A stretch of 63,373 nt of DNA, filler included, from Chiloscyllium plagiosum (Eukaryota): the NCBI RefSeq assembly GCF_004010195.1. It is 5 parts of one record of this genome, joined end to end, with 100 filler letters (N's around TTAATTAATTAA, not from the genome) between each part and the next. Parts side by side here need not be neighbours in the genome. Positions count along the whole stretch, not along the records: positions 25,986 to 40,573 come from NC_057713.1; positions 40,674 to 56,946 come from NC_057713.1; 3 more parts are not named here. One strand, 5' to 3'. Below the pieces are notes generated by a model. It was not told where the DNA came from and did no database searches. It saw only the letters and a list, made by a program, of their open reading frames with translations. Numbering within the stretch: the first letter of the stretch is position 1; each line of letters starts with the position of its first letter. The position numbers and the translations under genes were made by a program. Shown one piece after another: positions 37,706-50,419 of the stretch.

Positions 37706-38489
37706 TGTTGCAGTACAGGGAAAGATTTGTAGTTTTGATTGACCTCAGTGAGTTTGACATTAGGTTTAGCTATCCAAGTCATTAATTTTTGATTTGCCTG
37801 CAGTTTTGGAAGGCTCCATGACAGCATTAATGGCCTTAATGAAGGTTTAATGAGTGAAATTGTCACCTTCACTCAATTCTCACTAACGTTGCTTAATCCT
37901 TTGTGGGACAATGGGGCAGTATCACGTAGCAAACCGAGTTTTCAAGTTGCATTTGTAAAACTGCTTTAAGGTAGCAGTTCATTCAAGTAATCCACAGAAA
38001 TGGTGCCATGTATTATTCTGCAAGGGATATTGTGGTGCAGGTGCTGTCTCCCTATCTCTTGGCCTAGAGATCTGTGTTCAAACCCCATATGAGACCATAA
38101 GTTCTGAAGACGGGTCAGTGGTGCCAAAACACTCACTGTGCCTTCTTTTCACAGATGTTGCCAGACCTGCTGAGTTTCTCCAGAAGTTTCTGTTTGTGCT
38201 TCACAGGAGCAGCAGGAGATTTTTTAGGCCCTTGGGTTTGTTCTGCCATTTATTGGATCATGGCTGATCCTATTGTCCACCTTCCTGTCCTTTCCCTTGA
38301 TTCCCCGACTGATCGAGAATCTATCGATCTCAGCCTTAAATATACACAAGGACTCTGTCCCCACAGCTCTCTGGGGCATGGAGTTCCAAAGACCCCCAAC
38401 CCTCAGAGAGAAGAAATTCCTCATCTCAGCCTTAAGCCTGCCGCAGAGATGTGTCATGATATAGGTCCATTAAAAATAAAGTGCTATTC

Positions 38490-39060
38490 TGTGATGATCA
38501 TCAAATAACTTCACTGTTCCCCAGCACCAGCAAAATCTTCACCAGAATCTTGAGTCACTTCAGGTCCTGTTTTGAACGGTGTCTACTACCAGAGAGTCTG
38601 GGTGGCTTCAGGGTTGGGTGAGGAACCACTGATATAGTGCTTGCAGTTAGACCAGGAGAAGGGCCGATAATCGGACATGTCCCTCTACACCTTGGACCTG
38701 ACCAAAGCATTTGGCATGGTCAACCATGAGGGCCTTGGAGAAATGGAGAGCGATAATGGAGAAATTTGATGGTGAAGAACTATCAATATGATTGGAAAAT
38801 TCCATGACAGAATGAACACGCGGGTCATGGATGTTGGCGACTTTTCTGATTCATTCCCGACTTGGATATGGTTCGTGGCACAAGTATTGACCCTCTTCAC
38901 CATCTCCCTATCTGCTATGCTTTCCGATGCTCTTCATGATCATGACCCTGGCATTATAATCAGTTATGGTCAGGGACAGGAAGCTGCTCAATCTGAGATG
39001 TCTCTGTGCAAACACTGAAGTCTCCGAGGTCAGACTTCACAGTCTCCAGTTTTCTGATGA
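38490..39060 (+). mobile_element. Degenerate RTE (BovB-like clade) RT fragment
   Basis: Remnant motifs LLPES.GGFR.G.GTTD, DLTKAF, FHD.M..RVMD.GDFSDSF. Confidence 0.65.
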
Positions 39061-39086
39061 CAGAGCGGGAGCTGACAGTTCTGAAT

Positions 39087-39677
39087 CATAGAGTCATAGA
39101 CACGTACAGCACGGAAACAGACCCTTCGGTCCAACCCGTCCATGCCGACCAGTTATCCAAAATTAATCTAGTCCCATTTGCCAGCACCCGGCCCATATCC
39201 CGCCAAACCCTTCCTATTCATATACCCATCCAGATGCCTCTTAAATGTTGTAATTGTACCAGCCTCTACCACTTCCTCTGGCAGCTAATTCCATACACGT
39301 ACCACCCTCTGTGTGAAAAAGTTGCCCCTTAGGTCCCTTTTATATCTTTCCCTTCTCACCCTAAACCTATGCCCTCTAGTTCTGGACTTCCTGGCCCCAG
39401 GGAAAAGACTTTGTCTATTTATCCTATCCATGTCCCTCATTATTTTATAAACCTCCACAAGGTCACCCCTCAGCATCCAACGGTCCAGGGAAAACAGCCC
39501 CAGCCTGTTCAGCCTCTCCCTGTAGCTCAAAGCCTCCAACCCTGGCAACATCCTTGTAAATCTTTTCTGCACCCTTTCAAGTTTCACAACATCTTTCCGA
39601 TAGGAAGGAGACCAGAATTGCACGCAATATTCCAACAGTGGCCTAACCAATGTCCTGTGCAGATACAACATGACCCG
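39087..39677 (-). mobile_element. CR1 3' portion
   Basis: LVRPLLEYCVQFWSPSYRKDVVKLERVQ. Confidence 0.9.
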
Positions 39678-39994
39678 AGTGTCCATGGACTGATGTAGGT
39701 GAGGACTTGAGCGTTATGACCAGCAGAAGGAGCACTGCAGTAACACCATCACCTGCTCCAGGAAAGCCACATCTCAAACCCAAGGATTCACAAGCAGAAC
39801 CTGTCAGTGGCGGGGAATCCCACTTAAAACCCACAGCCCACTTTCAGGAGCTGTCTATGTGGGTGACAGGATATACACAAGCATTGTGAAAGCAAGTGTG
39901 ATCTTCAAACCCCAGCCTGGGAATGAAAGGGAGAGAGCACTGACCAAACTGAAGATCTCTGGAACATTAATCCTGTTCGGTCTGCTCGATGTGT

Positions 39995-40114
39995 GATGTG
40001 GAGGAGCTGGTGTTGGACTGGGGTGGACAAAGTTAAAAATGACAAAGCACCAGGTTATAGTCCAACAGGTTTATTTGGAAGCACTAGCTTTCAGAGTGCC
40101 GCTCCTTCATCAGG
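39995..40114 (-). mobile_element. PLE family C terminus with hammerhead at 40082-40114
   Basis: Reverse complement c-CTGATGA-aGGAGcggcaCTCT-GAAAGCTA-gtg. Confidence 0.8.
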
Positions 40115-40380
40115 GAGGAGAGGTGTGGGAGACCTGGACTATGGGTCCATCATCATCTCAGGAAGCTCCAACATTTGAGCTGCTTTTGGAAGTTTCTGAT
40201 GATCAGTTGGTAGGAAATACCAGGCAGTGAGGTGCTGTCCCAGGGTGACATGCCAAATAGCCACACTGCCTTGAGACAGTCACAACTGAGTTGAGCTGGT
40301 CATGGTCGAAACTCACTTACCAAAGTGAGATTCTAATGGAGAGTTTGAATCTTCTTTAGGTTAGATTAGATTTCTCTCGT

Positions 40381-40573
40381 GGAGACACTAGAGAAACATT
40401 GTACTGGACACACACCACTAGAGAGACTCACCACACTGGAGACAGATCACACTAGAGAGTAGCCACACCGGAGACACACAGCACCAGAGACACACCGGTG
40501 TGGGGTGTGGGGGGTGTGGGCGTGTGGGGGGTGTGGGGTGTGTGGGTGTGGGGAATGTGGGGGTGTGGGGTGT
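40381..40573. repeat. Degenerate inverted relative of the 28.6 kb minisatellite, followed by a (GGGTGT)-rich tract at a gap edge
   Basis: ccacaccggagacaca-like units, then ggggtgtgg repeats. Confidence 0.65.
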
Positions 40574-40673
40574 NNNNNNNNNNNNNNNNNNNNNNNNNNN
40601 NNNNNNNNNNNNNNNNNTTAATTAATTAANNNNNNNNNNNNNNNNNNNNNNNNNNNNNNNNNNNNNNNNNNNN

Positions 40674-41070
40674 GGGGAGTCCAGAACTAGAGGGCATAGG
40701 TTTAGGGTGAGAGGGGAAAGATATAAAAGAGACCTAAGGGGCAACTTTTTCATGCAGAGGGTGGTACGTGTATGGAATGAGCTGCCAGAGGATGTGGTGG
40801 AGGCTGGTACAATTACAACATTTAAGAGGCATTTGGATGGGTATATGAATAGGAAGGGTTTGGAGGGATATGGGCCGGGTGCTGGCAGGTGGGACTAGAT
40901 TGGGNNNNNNNNNNNNNNNNNNCATTTGGATGGGTATATGAATAGGAAGGGTTTGGAGGGATATGGGCCGGGTGCTGGCAGGTGGGACAAGATTGGGTTG
41001 GGATATCTGGTCGGCATGGACGGGTTGGACTGAAGGGTCTGTTTCCATGCTGCACATCTCTCTGACTATA
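40674..41070 (+). mobile_element. CR1 3' end
   Basis: FFMQRVVRVWNELP; tail duplicated across a small gap. Confidence 0.9.
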
Positions 41071-41551
41071 TATTCATGATTTAGATGATGGAACTAAATG
41101 TAAATTGATTTAAATAAATCGATATACTTGCCTTTGGCCCATATCCCTTTACACCTTGTTTACCATAAATTAATCTATCTCAGATTTAAAAGTAACAACT
41201 GATCCTGCTGTTTGTGGAAGACAGTTCCAATAGCAGCTATGCTTAGTCTGTCAGAATGCTTCCTTACGTCTCTCCTGAATGGTCTGACCCTAATTCCAGA
41301 CCACGCCCCTTAGTTCTAGAATCTGTCACCAGTGGAATTAATGTTTCTACCCGGCCGTTTCCTGTTAATATCTTGTAGACTTTGATCAGATCACCCCGTA
41401 CCTTTCTCAATTCTAAAGATAAACAGGATGAATTTATATCATTTCTCCTCATAAATAACCCATAAAGTCCAGGTGGCACAGTCAGGACATCAGAGGTAAA
41501 CCTCATGTATTAGGAAAGGGCAAATGGAATTTCATTGAAATACCTCATTCA

Positions 41552-41780
41552 AGTTGCCCCTCAGGTCTCTTTTATATCTTTCCCCTCTCACCCTAAACCT
41601 ATACCCTCTCGTTCTGGACTCTCCAACCCCAGGGAAAAATTGCAACATTTAAGAGGCATTTGGATGGATATATGAATAGGAAGAGCTTGGAGGGTTCTGG
41701 GCCGAGTGCTGGCAGGTGGGACTAGACTGGGTTGGGACCGAAGGGTCTGTTTCCATGCTGTACATCTCTATGACTCTATA
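41552..41780. mobile_element. CR1 3' end with 5' inversion
   Basis: 41552-41640 is antisense and 41641-41780 is sense for near-adjacent CR1 segments. Confidence 0.75.
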
Positions 41781-42846
41781 CGATGGCATTACGGACAGCG
41801 TGGCACTCCCTCAGTGCTGATTAAGTACTCAGGATTCGACCTTTCAATCCAACAATGAGAAGCTGCCTTCCTATAAACTCCTCTGAAACATCTGAACAGA
41901 GAAACCCTTGCTCTGGAATTTCAGCTTTTGATGCTGGACAGTCACCTGCGATTGCACATAACCCTGGGAAGACACACCAACATGCGATCAGATGTCGCTA
42001 ATTACCTCCTTCAGTAATGGAGCAGTTCCTATGCTGTGCACTATCTGATGGGAGGCATTGAATAATGAAAGCTGTGGGATTGGTAAAATAAGCTAGTGGC
42101 TGAAAATTGTGGTCAAATATAATTGAAATCATTAGTACTGAGAACTGAGAATATCAAGCCTATTAAAAGATTCAATTCACAATCTCTTTTTTTTGTCTTT
42201 CAATTCCCCAGCATGGTAAAGGTGATAATCTATTATTTCTTAAATAGCATCTAGTTCAAGTGTTGTTTCATCATTGTTACCTGGCCCTGTGGCAGATTTT
42301 CAACCAGTCCTTTATCCTCCAGTCAGTAACAGCCTTGTTTTGAACTCCGCAGGATGTTCCTGTGAGTGTGTCTCATCTTCACCTTTACTCTTCAGTCACC
42401 AGCAAATCTTCAAGGTTAATGGAAAGGCAATTTTGTGATGACAGCCAAGTTTAACAGCGCCTCTGTCATTTGCAGACTGCTTTTCTGTCTCCAGGAATAC
42501 ACGTGAATCATAAAATGCATCAAAGTAGATGACAGCAAGTCAAGGGAGCTGAATAACAGAGATGTTAGACTGCAGTGGGAGGCCATTTCTGCCATCCAGT
42601 GAGTAGCTAGGGTCTGGAATGGCACTGCCTGGAAATGTGTTGGAGGCAAGTTCAATTGATTTTATTGATGGGCCGAATGGTCTCCTTCTGTGCTGTAACA
42701 ATGCTGTGGTCCCATCTCTGCATGGCTCTCTGAATGAGCATTTCACTGAATGCTATTCTTCAGCTTTCCCCTACTTCACGAAAATCAATATCCTGTCACT
42801 GAGTCACCCTTCATTGACATGTATACTGGACATAACACTGGCCTAG

Positions 42847-42922
42847 CTCTCCGGGACACCCGCACCAATCAACCACACTGCCCCGTGGCCCAACATTTCA
42901 ACTCCCCCTCCCACTCTGCCGA
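42847..42922 (+). pseudogene. Short PLE GIY-YIG fragment
   Basis: LRDTRTNQPHCPVAQHFNSPSHS. Confidence 0.65.
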
Positions 42923-43178
42923 AGTCGGGGAATGGTGTTAAACTCTGGTAGAGTTGAGTTCTGAATGGTAGCATATGAAGTGTTAACCATTGGAGTATGA
43001 CTATCCAATAAGGCATTTCTTATTTGTTCAAGACTATATTCACATGCATTTGAGTAATCGAGGGTCCAAATAGAATCTCTTAGACACCAAAAGGGAACAA
43101 TTAAATTAAAACCACTAAAATTTAACTCATTCCTGCAGGAAGCAAGTGATTCACAAAATTTCTAATTTGCTTTTTTGT

Positions 43179-43488
43179 GGGCGGCACGGTGGCACAGTGG
43201 TTAGCACTGCTGCCTCACAGTGCCAGAGACCCAGGTTCAATTCCCGCTTCAGGCGACTGACTGTGTGGAGTTTGCACGTTCTCCCCATGTCTGTGTGGGT
43301 TTCCTCCGGGTGCTCCAGTTTCCTCCCACAGTCCAAAGATGTGCAGGTTAGGTGAATTGGCCATGCTAAATTGCACGTAGTGTTAGGTAAGGGGTAAATG
43401 TAGGGGTATGGGTGGGTTGCGCTTCGGCGGGGCGGTGTGGACTTGTTGGGCCGAAGGGCCTGTTTCCACACTGTAAGTAATCTAATCT
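43179..43488 (+). mobile_element. HE1-type SINE, full length
   Basis: gggcggcacggtggcacagtggttagc...ggttcaattcc...taatctaatct tail. Confidence 0.92.
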
Positions 43489-43564
43489 TTTATATCCCTA
43501 CAGTGTGACTCCATGCAAGAAACAGACTGTACTTGTTCAAGACTATATTCACATACGTTTGAGA

Positions 43565-43790
43565 TACCAGGGGGTCTGATAACTGAATGCATCCCCACTT
43601 AACTTTGGCAGAAAGATCTCAAACTGTGGTCTTTCCCCACTGCATCTTGCCCAATCTTTAGTGCATCCCCCAGCACATAGTCCTGGACTCTCTGTCAGGG
43701 TCGATGCCATGCTTTGGAAGAGCAACAAGGTTTGGGCAGACCAAAGAGCATCCTTCACTGAGTTGATGGTCCTCCTGGTGCAGTTGATGT
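43565..43790 (-). mobile_element. Tx1-like LINE ORF2 C-terminal fragment
   Basis: TINSVKDALWSAQTLLLFQ. Confidence 0.6.
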
Positions 43791-45149
43791 TTTTCTCTCC
43801 TGAGTTAAATTGTTGATGTGTGCATTAATTGCAGAATCTTTAACACACTGTTAATTTCCCAGTGAGAGCTGTCCTAAAGTATTGTGTTTTAAGTTTCTGA
43901 TAACTTTTGTGCTGATAATTAAGAACAAAAAAAACTGATCAGTGTATTCCTTAGAACAGAGCGATGCAGGTGCAGAATATCTGACAAAATCATTTCCAAG
44001 CTCACAAACGTGACAACGCGAATAATAACTAACAGTGAGAATCTTCAATATGATAATATTTCACAATGCTTTTTCTTTCATTCGAGATAGGCAAATTGCG
44101 TAATGAACAAGCACATTTTAATAGAATGAATCTCAATAATCATTAGGAGACTGGATAAGATTTCTTCCAACGTGACTCAGAGGTTTTAGGGGCAGATTTT
44201 TGCTTCAAAAATGTAATTAAAAAACATTACTACCTTCAATTTTAATTAGAAAGAGTCTATTCCATTTATGATGGAAGGGGAGTTATCTACAACCGATGCC
44301 TTTAAGCAATTCATCTTCCAGGTAAATCACTTGAGACCTTTCATGAAATGATGTCTAACATGCACTTGGAAAGGTTTCATTAGAACATGGAAGAACAAGA
44401 GGTGATCTATTGAAATGCATAAATCTCCAGGGACTTGACAGGGTAGGTGTTCAAAGCTTGTAGGAATGTCTAGGAGCAGGAGGAATAACCTCAGGAGAAG
44501 GGGGAGAGGATCACATATTTAAGACCAAGGTGAGGAGGAATCTCTTCTCTCCTCTCTGAGGGGAGTGAATCAGTGGAATTCTTGACCACAGAGGGCTGTG
44601 TCATTAGGTATGTTCAAGGCTGACAGAGACAGCTTTTTAATCAGCGAAGGGAATCGAAAGTTATGGAGAAAAGGCAGGCATGTGGAGTTGAGGATGGTCA
44701 GGTCACGATCTAGTTGAATGATAGAGGAGGCTTGATGGGCTCCATTTTGATTTCATTTATCATTGCAATGAACGCACACTCCATAAACTACACCAGGATC
44801 GTTGAGAACAGACAACATGAGCTGAATCATATAAAGGGGCTTGCAGGAAACATAGAGATGGGGCGGGTGGGGGAACTAATACACAAATCATAGAAGATGA
44901 TGGAGAGCATTAAGAAAACTGTGTGTAAAAACTCTGCATTGATAATAAATACAAGCAACAAAGTGTATTTATGTAGCACCTGTAACATTATAAAATGACC
45001 CAAGGCAACTCACAGGAACGTCATAAACCAGCCCACATTTAGGTCAGATAATCCAAAGCTTGGTCAAGAGGGAGGTTTGAAGGAGTAACATTTAAGTGGG
45101 GTAGACAGTATGGAGTGATTTCAGGGTGAAATTCCAAAGACAGGCTTTG

Positions 45150-45810
45150 GAAAGTCAGGAGGTGGCATGTCCTTATTGTCTGGTGAGATTTTCTTTCCCT
45201 CTGACATTCCCGATGGATGGCAATGGCAGGTTAGGAATGGTCGGTACCAAACAAAAGATAAGACACATGTCAGAGTCTTTGTGTCTGGGGACAACCAATA
45301 TGTGCAAAGTAGGATATCAGGAAGGTGGTGGTCTAGTGGTATTATCACTGAAGTGGGCATGAGTGGGTACTGCAGATGCTGGAGATCAGAGTCAAGATTA
45401 GAGTGGTGCTGGAAAAACACAGCAGGTCAGGCAGCATCCGAGGAGCAGGAAAATCAAAGTTTTAGGCAAAAGCCTTTCATCAGGAATCCTGATGAAGGGC
45501 TTTTGTCTGAAACATCGATTTTCCTGTGCTTTTCCAGCATCACTCCAATTTTGACTCTTATCACTGAAGGGTTAATCCAGAGACCCAGGTAACGTCCTGG
45601 GGACCCATGTTCGAATTGCACTGCAGCAGAGGGTGAAAGTCGAATTCAATAAAAATCTGCAATAAAGAGTCTGATGCTGACAGTGCACCCATTGTCAGGG
45701 AAGCCCCACCTGGTTCACTAACGTTTATTGGGGAAGGAAACTGCTATCCTTACCTGCTCTGGTCTACATGTGACTCCAGACCCACAGCGATGTGGTTGTC
45801 CCTTAAATGC
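45150..45810 (+). repeat. Left arm of an old inverted duplication (partner 47655-48092)
   Basis: Shared unique flank aatggtcggtaccaaacaaaagataag plus a family-B SINE with shared private variants. Confidence 0.85.
45356..45557. mobile_element. Palindromic PLE-terminus insertion (family A) with 14 bp TSD
   Basis: TSD ttatcactgaag(t/g)g at 45342-45355 and 45558-45571; axis at tcatcaggaatcctgatga. Confidence 0.9.
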
Positions 45811-45909
45811 CTGATGGGCAATAAATGTGAATCTTAAAGATTCGAACATCTTCCTTTCCAATGTACAAGCTGTCAGACCGTCTTTTGGCATGTGGCTGAA
45901 CTGTTTGAC

Positions 45910-46612
45910 TGTCCTGAAGAAGGGGGAGAAAGTGAAGACAGCAGATGCTGGAGATCAGACTCTAAGTGTGTGGTGATGGAAAAGCACAGCCGGTCAGGCA
46001 ACATCCGAGAAGCAGGAGAATCGATGTTTCGGGCATAAGCTCTTCAGCAGGAAGGTGCATGGATAGGATAAATAGACAAAGTTTATTCCCTGGGGTGGGG
46101 GAGTCCAGAACTAGAGGGCATAGATTTAGGGTGAGAGGGGAAAGATATAAAAGAGATCTAAGGGATAACTTTTTCAAGCAGAGGGCAGTACATGTATGAA
46201 ATGAGCTGCCAGAGGAAGTGGTGGAGGCTGGTACAATTACAGCATTTAAAAAGCATCTGGATGGGTATATGAATAGGAAGGGTTTGGAGGGATATGGGCC
46301 GGGTGCTGGCAGGTGGGACTAGATTGGGTTGTGATATCTGGTCGGCATGGACGGGTTGGGCCGAAGGGTCTGTTTCCGTGCTGTATGTCTCTATGACTCT
46401 ATGACTCTAAGAGCTTATGCTTGAAACATCAACTCTCCAGCTGTTCAGATGCTGCCTGACTGGCTGTGCTTTTCCAGCACCACACTTTTTGTCCTGAGGA
46501 AGGGTTACACCCGAAACGCTGACTTCTCCACCTCCTGATGCTGCCTGCCTTGCTGTGTTCATCCAGCCTCCTGCCTGCCTACCTTGGATTCCAGCATCTG
46601 TAGTTTTTTTTG
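45910..46612. mobile_element. Three-level nest: CR1 3' end inside a family-A palindrome inside a family-B PLE terminus
   Basis: TSD tgtcctga(a/g)gaagg at 45910-45923 and 46490-46503; CR1 at ~46055-46408. Confidence 0.85.
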
Positions 46613-47654
46613 GTCCTCGAACCTGATTAAGTGCTGTAGCATGAAAGTGTTAAATTTCAAAGTGTGTAACAACTTGTGGGCCTTTATCCTTTATGTTTGT
46701 TTTTAGCAATTCCCAATTTGGCCAACAACCTCTCTAAAGTATCAATGACTGCAAAGTAATCCTCGTGGAATATCTACCCCTTTGTAACATCTATCAAGAA
46801 TATCAAGGAAAAACCACAGTCCTGATGGCTTCCTGCACTTTCAAAAGCACCACTGGTAAAATGCTGAGAGAGAAAACTAGAGCCCTGGGAGATGAAAGAT
46901 ATTAGAGTAATCCACAACAGGAATAGGTAGGAGGGCTGAATGAACTGCTCTCATTGATGAGAAGTACTTTGAAATTAATTGTATCTGCTTTATAAGCCTG
47001 CAGCAATTAGGTAAGTTTGTGCTGAATCGCAGTCAAAGGAGTTGTCAGTACATTAAAGCTGACGCAAAACGTACACTCCTTCCAAAATGCACCTGATGGA
47101 TTTGTTATCAACAGGGTCAGATCTTGTTTATCATTGACTGTCAGTCATTAGAGGATGACGTCTACTCAGGGTCAAAGGTTTCTCACGTGGCTCTGCCGTG
47201 AGTGAACAAGCTAATTCTCAACCCACAGCTCCTTGTCCATCAGGAGACATCATTCTTTGAGTCCAAACAACTTTGTGATGAGGCACAACAGCCACAGAGA
47301 TGGAGTAGAAAGGAAGCAACATCTGCTTTCCAGAGCCCACTCCATCAGGGGATGTTATGGACTGGACTCCCTGTATAAATTCTGTTGGTGCAAGAGCAGG
47401 TCAGAGGCTAGGAAGCCTGCCATGAGTAACTCACCTCCTGACTCCCCAAAGTCTGTCCACCATCTACAAGGCACAAGTCAGGAGTGTGATGGAATACTCC
47501 CCACTTGCCTTGGATGGGGGCAGCTCTAACAACACTCAAGAAGCTTGACACCATCCAGGACAAAGCAGCCCGCTTGACTGGAACCTCATCCACCATCAAC
47601 ACTCAGTAGCAGCAGCATGTAAAGATAAAGCCTATTCCTTATTTGCCAGAAACA

Positions 47655-48092
47655 ATTAAGAGTCAACCAGATTGTGGGTCTGGAGTCACATGTAAGCTAG
47701 ACCAGGTAAGGATGGCAGTTACCTTCCCCAGTGAACGTTTGTGAACTAGATGGGTCTTTCTTGACAATGGATTCATGGTCATCGTTAGACTCTTAATTCC
47801 AGATTTTTATTGAATTCAGTTTTCACCTTCTGCTGCAGTGCAATTTGAACATGGGTCCCTGGAATATTACCTGGGTCTCTAGGTTAACACTTCAGTGATA
47901 ATATCACTAGATCATCACCTCCCTCATATCCTACTTTGCACATATTTTGGGGGGGGGGGGGGGTACTTGACTTATCTTTTGTTTGGTACCGACCATTTCT
48001 AACCTGCCATTGCAGAAGGTCAGAGGGAATGTCAGAGGGAATGTCAGAGGGAAAGGACATCTCACCAGACAACAAGGTCATGTCACCTCCTG
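47655..48092 (-). repeat. Right arm of the inverted duplication (empty insertion site)
   Basis: Reverse complement aligns to 45150-45810 without the 45356-45571 insertion. Confidence 0.85.
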
Positions 48093-49035
48093 ACACCCCA
48101 CAGTCTGTCCACCATCTACAAGGCACAAATCAGAACTGTGATGGAATATTCCCCTCTTGCCTGGATGGGTGCAGCTCCAACAACACTCAGGAAGCTTGAC
48201 ACCATCCAGGGCAAAGCAGCCCCCGCTTGACTGGCACCACATCCACAAGCATCCATTCCCTCCACAACGACACTCAGTAGCAGCAGGGTGTAAAGGTAAA
48301 GCCACCATGGTCTTGCCAAACCAAAGGACACATCTCACTTTCTGTATGCCTTCTCTGTTGCTGTAACATTGTATTCCTCACTCTGTTCTATTACCCAAAT
48401 GCACTTTGTATGGTGTGATCTGCCTATGTTGTATGTAAAACAAAACCTGTCACTGTACCTAGGTACAGGTGATAATAATAAACCAAATCAGAATCTCACT
48501 GGAGAGATGAATGGCGATGGTTTCGCCTACGGGTCACCCCAGCTCTGGCAAGAGAAGAGGAGGGACTCCCATGGTAACATCAATCAGGGCAGGAACTGAA
48601 CCTATACTTTGGGGTCATTATGTATCAAGACCAGTTGGCCAGCTAATTGAGCTAAATAACCGCACTGCGGTTTACAGCAGCTACAAGATGCACTGCAGAA
48701 ATTCACCAAAGATCCTCAGACAGCACCTTCCAAATCCACGATCACTTTCATCCCAGAGGACCAGGGTAGCAGATACATGGGAACACCACGCCCTGCAAGT
48801 TCCCCTCCGAGCCTCTCACTATCCTGACTTGGAAATATATCACCGTTTCTTCACTGTCACTGGGTCGAAATCCTGGAAATCCCTCTCCCCCAAGGGCATT
48901 GTGGGTCTACCTACAGCACATGGACTGCAGCAGTTCAAGAAGGCAGCTCACCCCCACCTTCTCAAGGGGCAACTAGGGACGGGCAATGAATTCTGACTCA
49001 GCCAGTGACACCCGCATCCCATGAGTGAATTAAAA
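48082..49035 (+). mobile_element. Zenon-like CR1-group LINE fragments (interrupted)
   Basis: LTPHSLSTIYKAQIRTVMEYSPLAW; 3' tail at 48820-49035; related piece at 47425-47620. Confidence 0.7.
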
Positions 49036-50419
49036 ATGGTCAGATATGGACTGCAACTAGTGACCACATGTAAGGACCATGATTTGTGGTTACAAACTGG
49101 GTTTGTACAAATCTCTGTCAGGGCCAAAGTAGATCACTGGTTTGCTGAGTGGGAATGGTTATCTGTTGGATAATGATATGAAGTGGAATGTGGGATGCTG
49201 ATATCTAGCAGAGCAAATTGTTTCGAGGACACTGATTCGGAGGATACATTTTGGATGAGTGACTATGATGTTGGTCATTCACCCTGTTTGAGCTGATCTC
49301 GCAGAATTGCAGTCTCAAAGTCCGGTAGTCCCCAGGGCCATCATTGCAGACATTCATATCCCGATGAGTGCTTCTGTATTCCGAGAAAATGGACAAGCTG
49401 AATTTCAGGATATGACTCAGGTCATCTATTTTTGTTGTCGAGAGTGTGTTGCTGGAAAAGTACAGCAGGTCAGGCAGCATCCGAGGAGCAGGAGAATTGA
49501 TGTTCCAGACAAAAGCCCTTCATTAGGAATTAGATCATCAGGAGCCTGTAAGCCTCTGTGGAGTTATTTTACTGTCCATCATTTGCAGCCATGCCTTCAG
49601 CTGTATGAGCCCGAAACAGTGGAATTTCACCTGAAATTACTCCGCACTCTCAACCTAACTTAGACAATGCTCCTTAAAATTCACCTTTTTGATCAAACTT
49701 TGGATCATCTGATCAAATGGGGGCTGGTTTATAATGTTCCTGTGACTTGCCTGGGGTCGGTTTATGATGTTAAAGGTGCTACATAAATGCATGTTGTTTT
49801 TGTTTAGTAATAATGCCAGAGTTTCAACGCACAGTGTTCTCAATGCTATCCATCACCTTCAACGACTTCTGTACATGTGCCCCCCTGTCTCTATGTCCGT
49901 GCAACCCCTTTTAAGATAACACAATTCAATTTGCATTCTCTATTCTCAATGTTCCTGTTGTAATTTACAGAGTGTGTGTTCAAGGGGAAGATGTGCTGTT
50001 GTTACAATGGATGCCCTAATCCATCAGCACGTGTGGAATTGTACCTTTGATTTCAAAAACCATTAGTGGGAGAGAAAGTGATCAGCTTTTTGACTACATT
50101 CTGGTAAAGTAGTGAAGCTAGAATGCAGACTGGGTGACATCTGTTTCATATCGTGCGTTGTTCTGAAGCAATGTTAAATTGACCGTGACCATAAGAGCAT
50201 AAGATATGGGAGCAGACGCAGGCCATTCAACCCATCAACTGTATTCCATCATTCAATGAGATTATGGCTGATCTGATAATCATCAAATCTATTTTTCTGC
50301 CTTTCTCCATAGCCCTCAATTCTCTTGCTGAACACAGACCATGCTGGAGATCCCAGCAGGTCAGGCAGCACCCATAGAGAGAGAGCAAGCTAATGTTTTC
50401 AATCTAGTTGATTCGTCAT

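Noticed and set aside
35883..37872. Active LINE ORF2
   Set aside because: Frameshifted, 5'-truncated and gapped. No intact autonomous element is visible in the window.
40830..41000. Tandem duplication of a CR1 tail
   Set aside because: The copies flank a short N gap, so this is probably an unmerged contig overlap.
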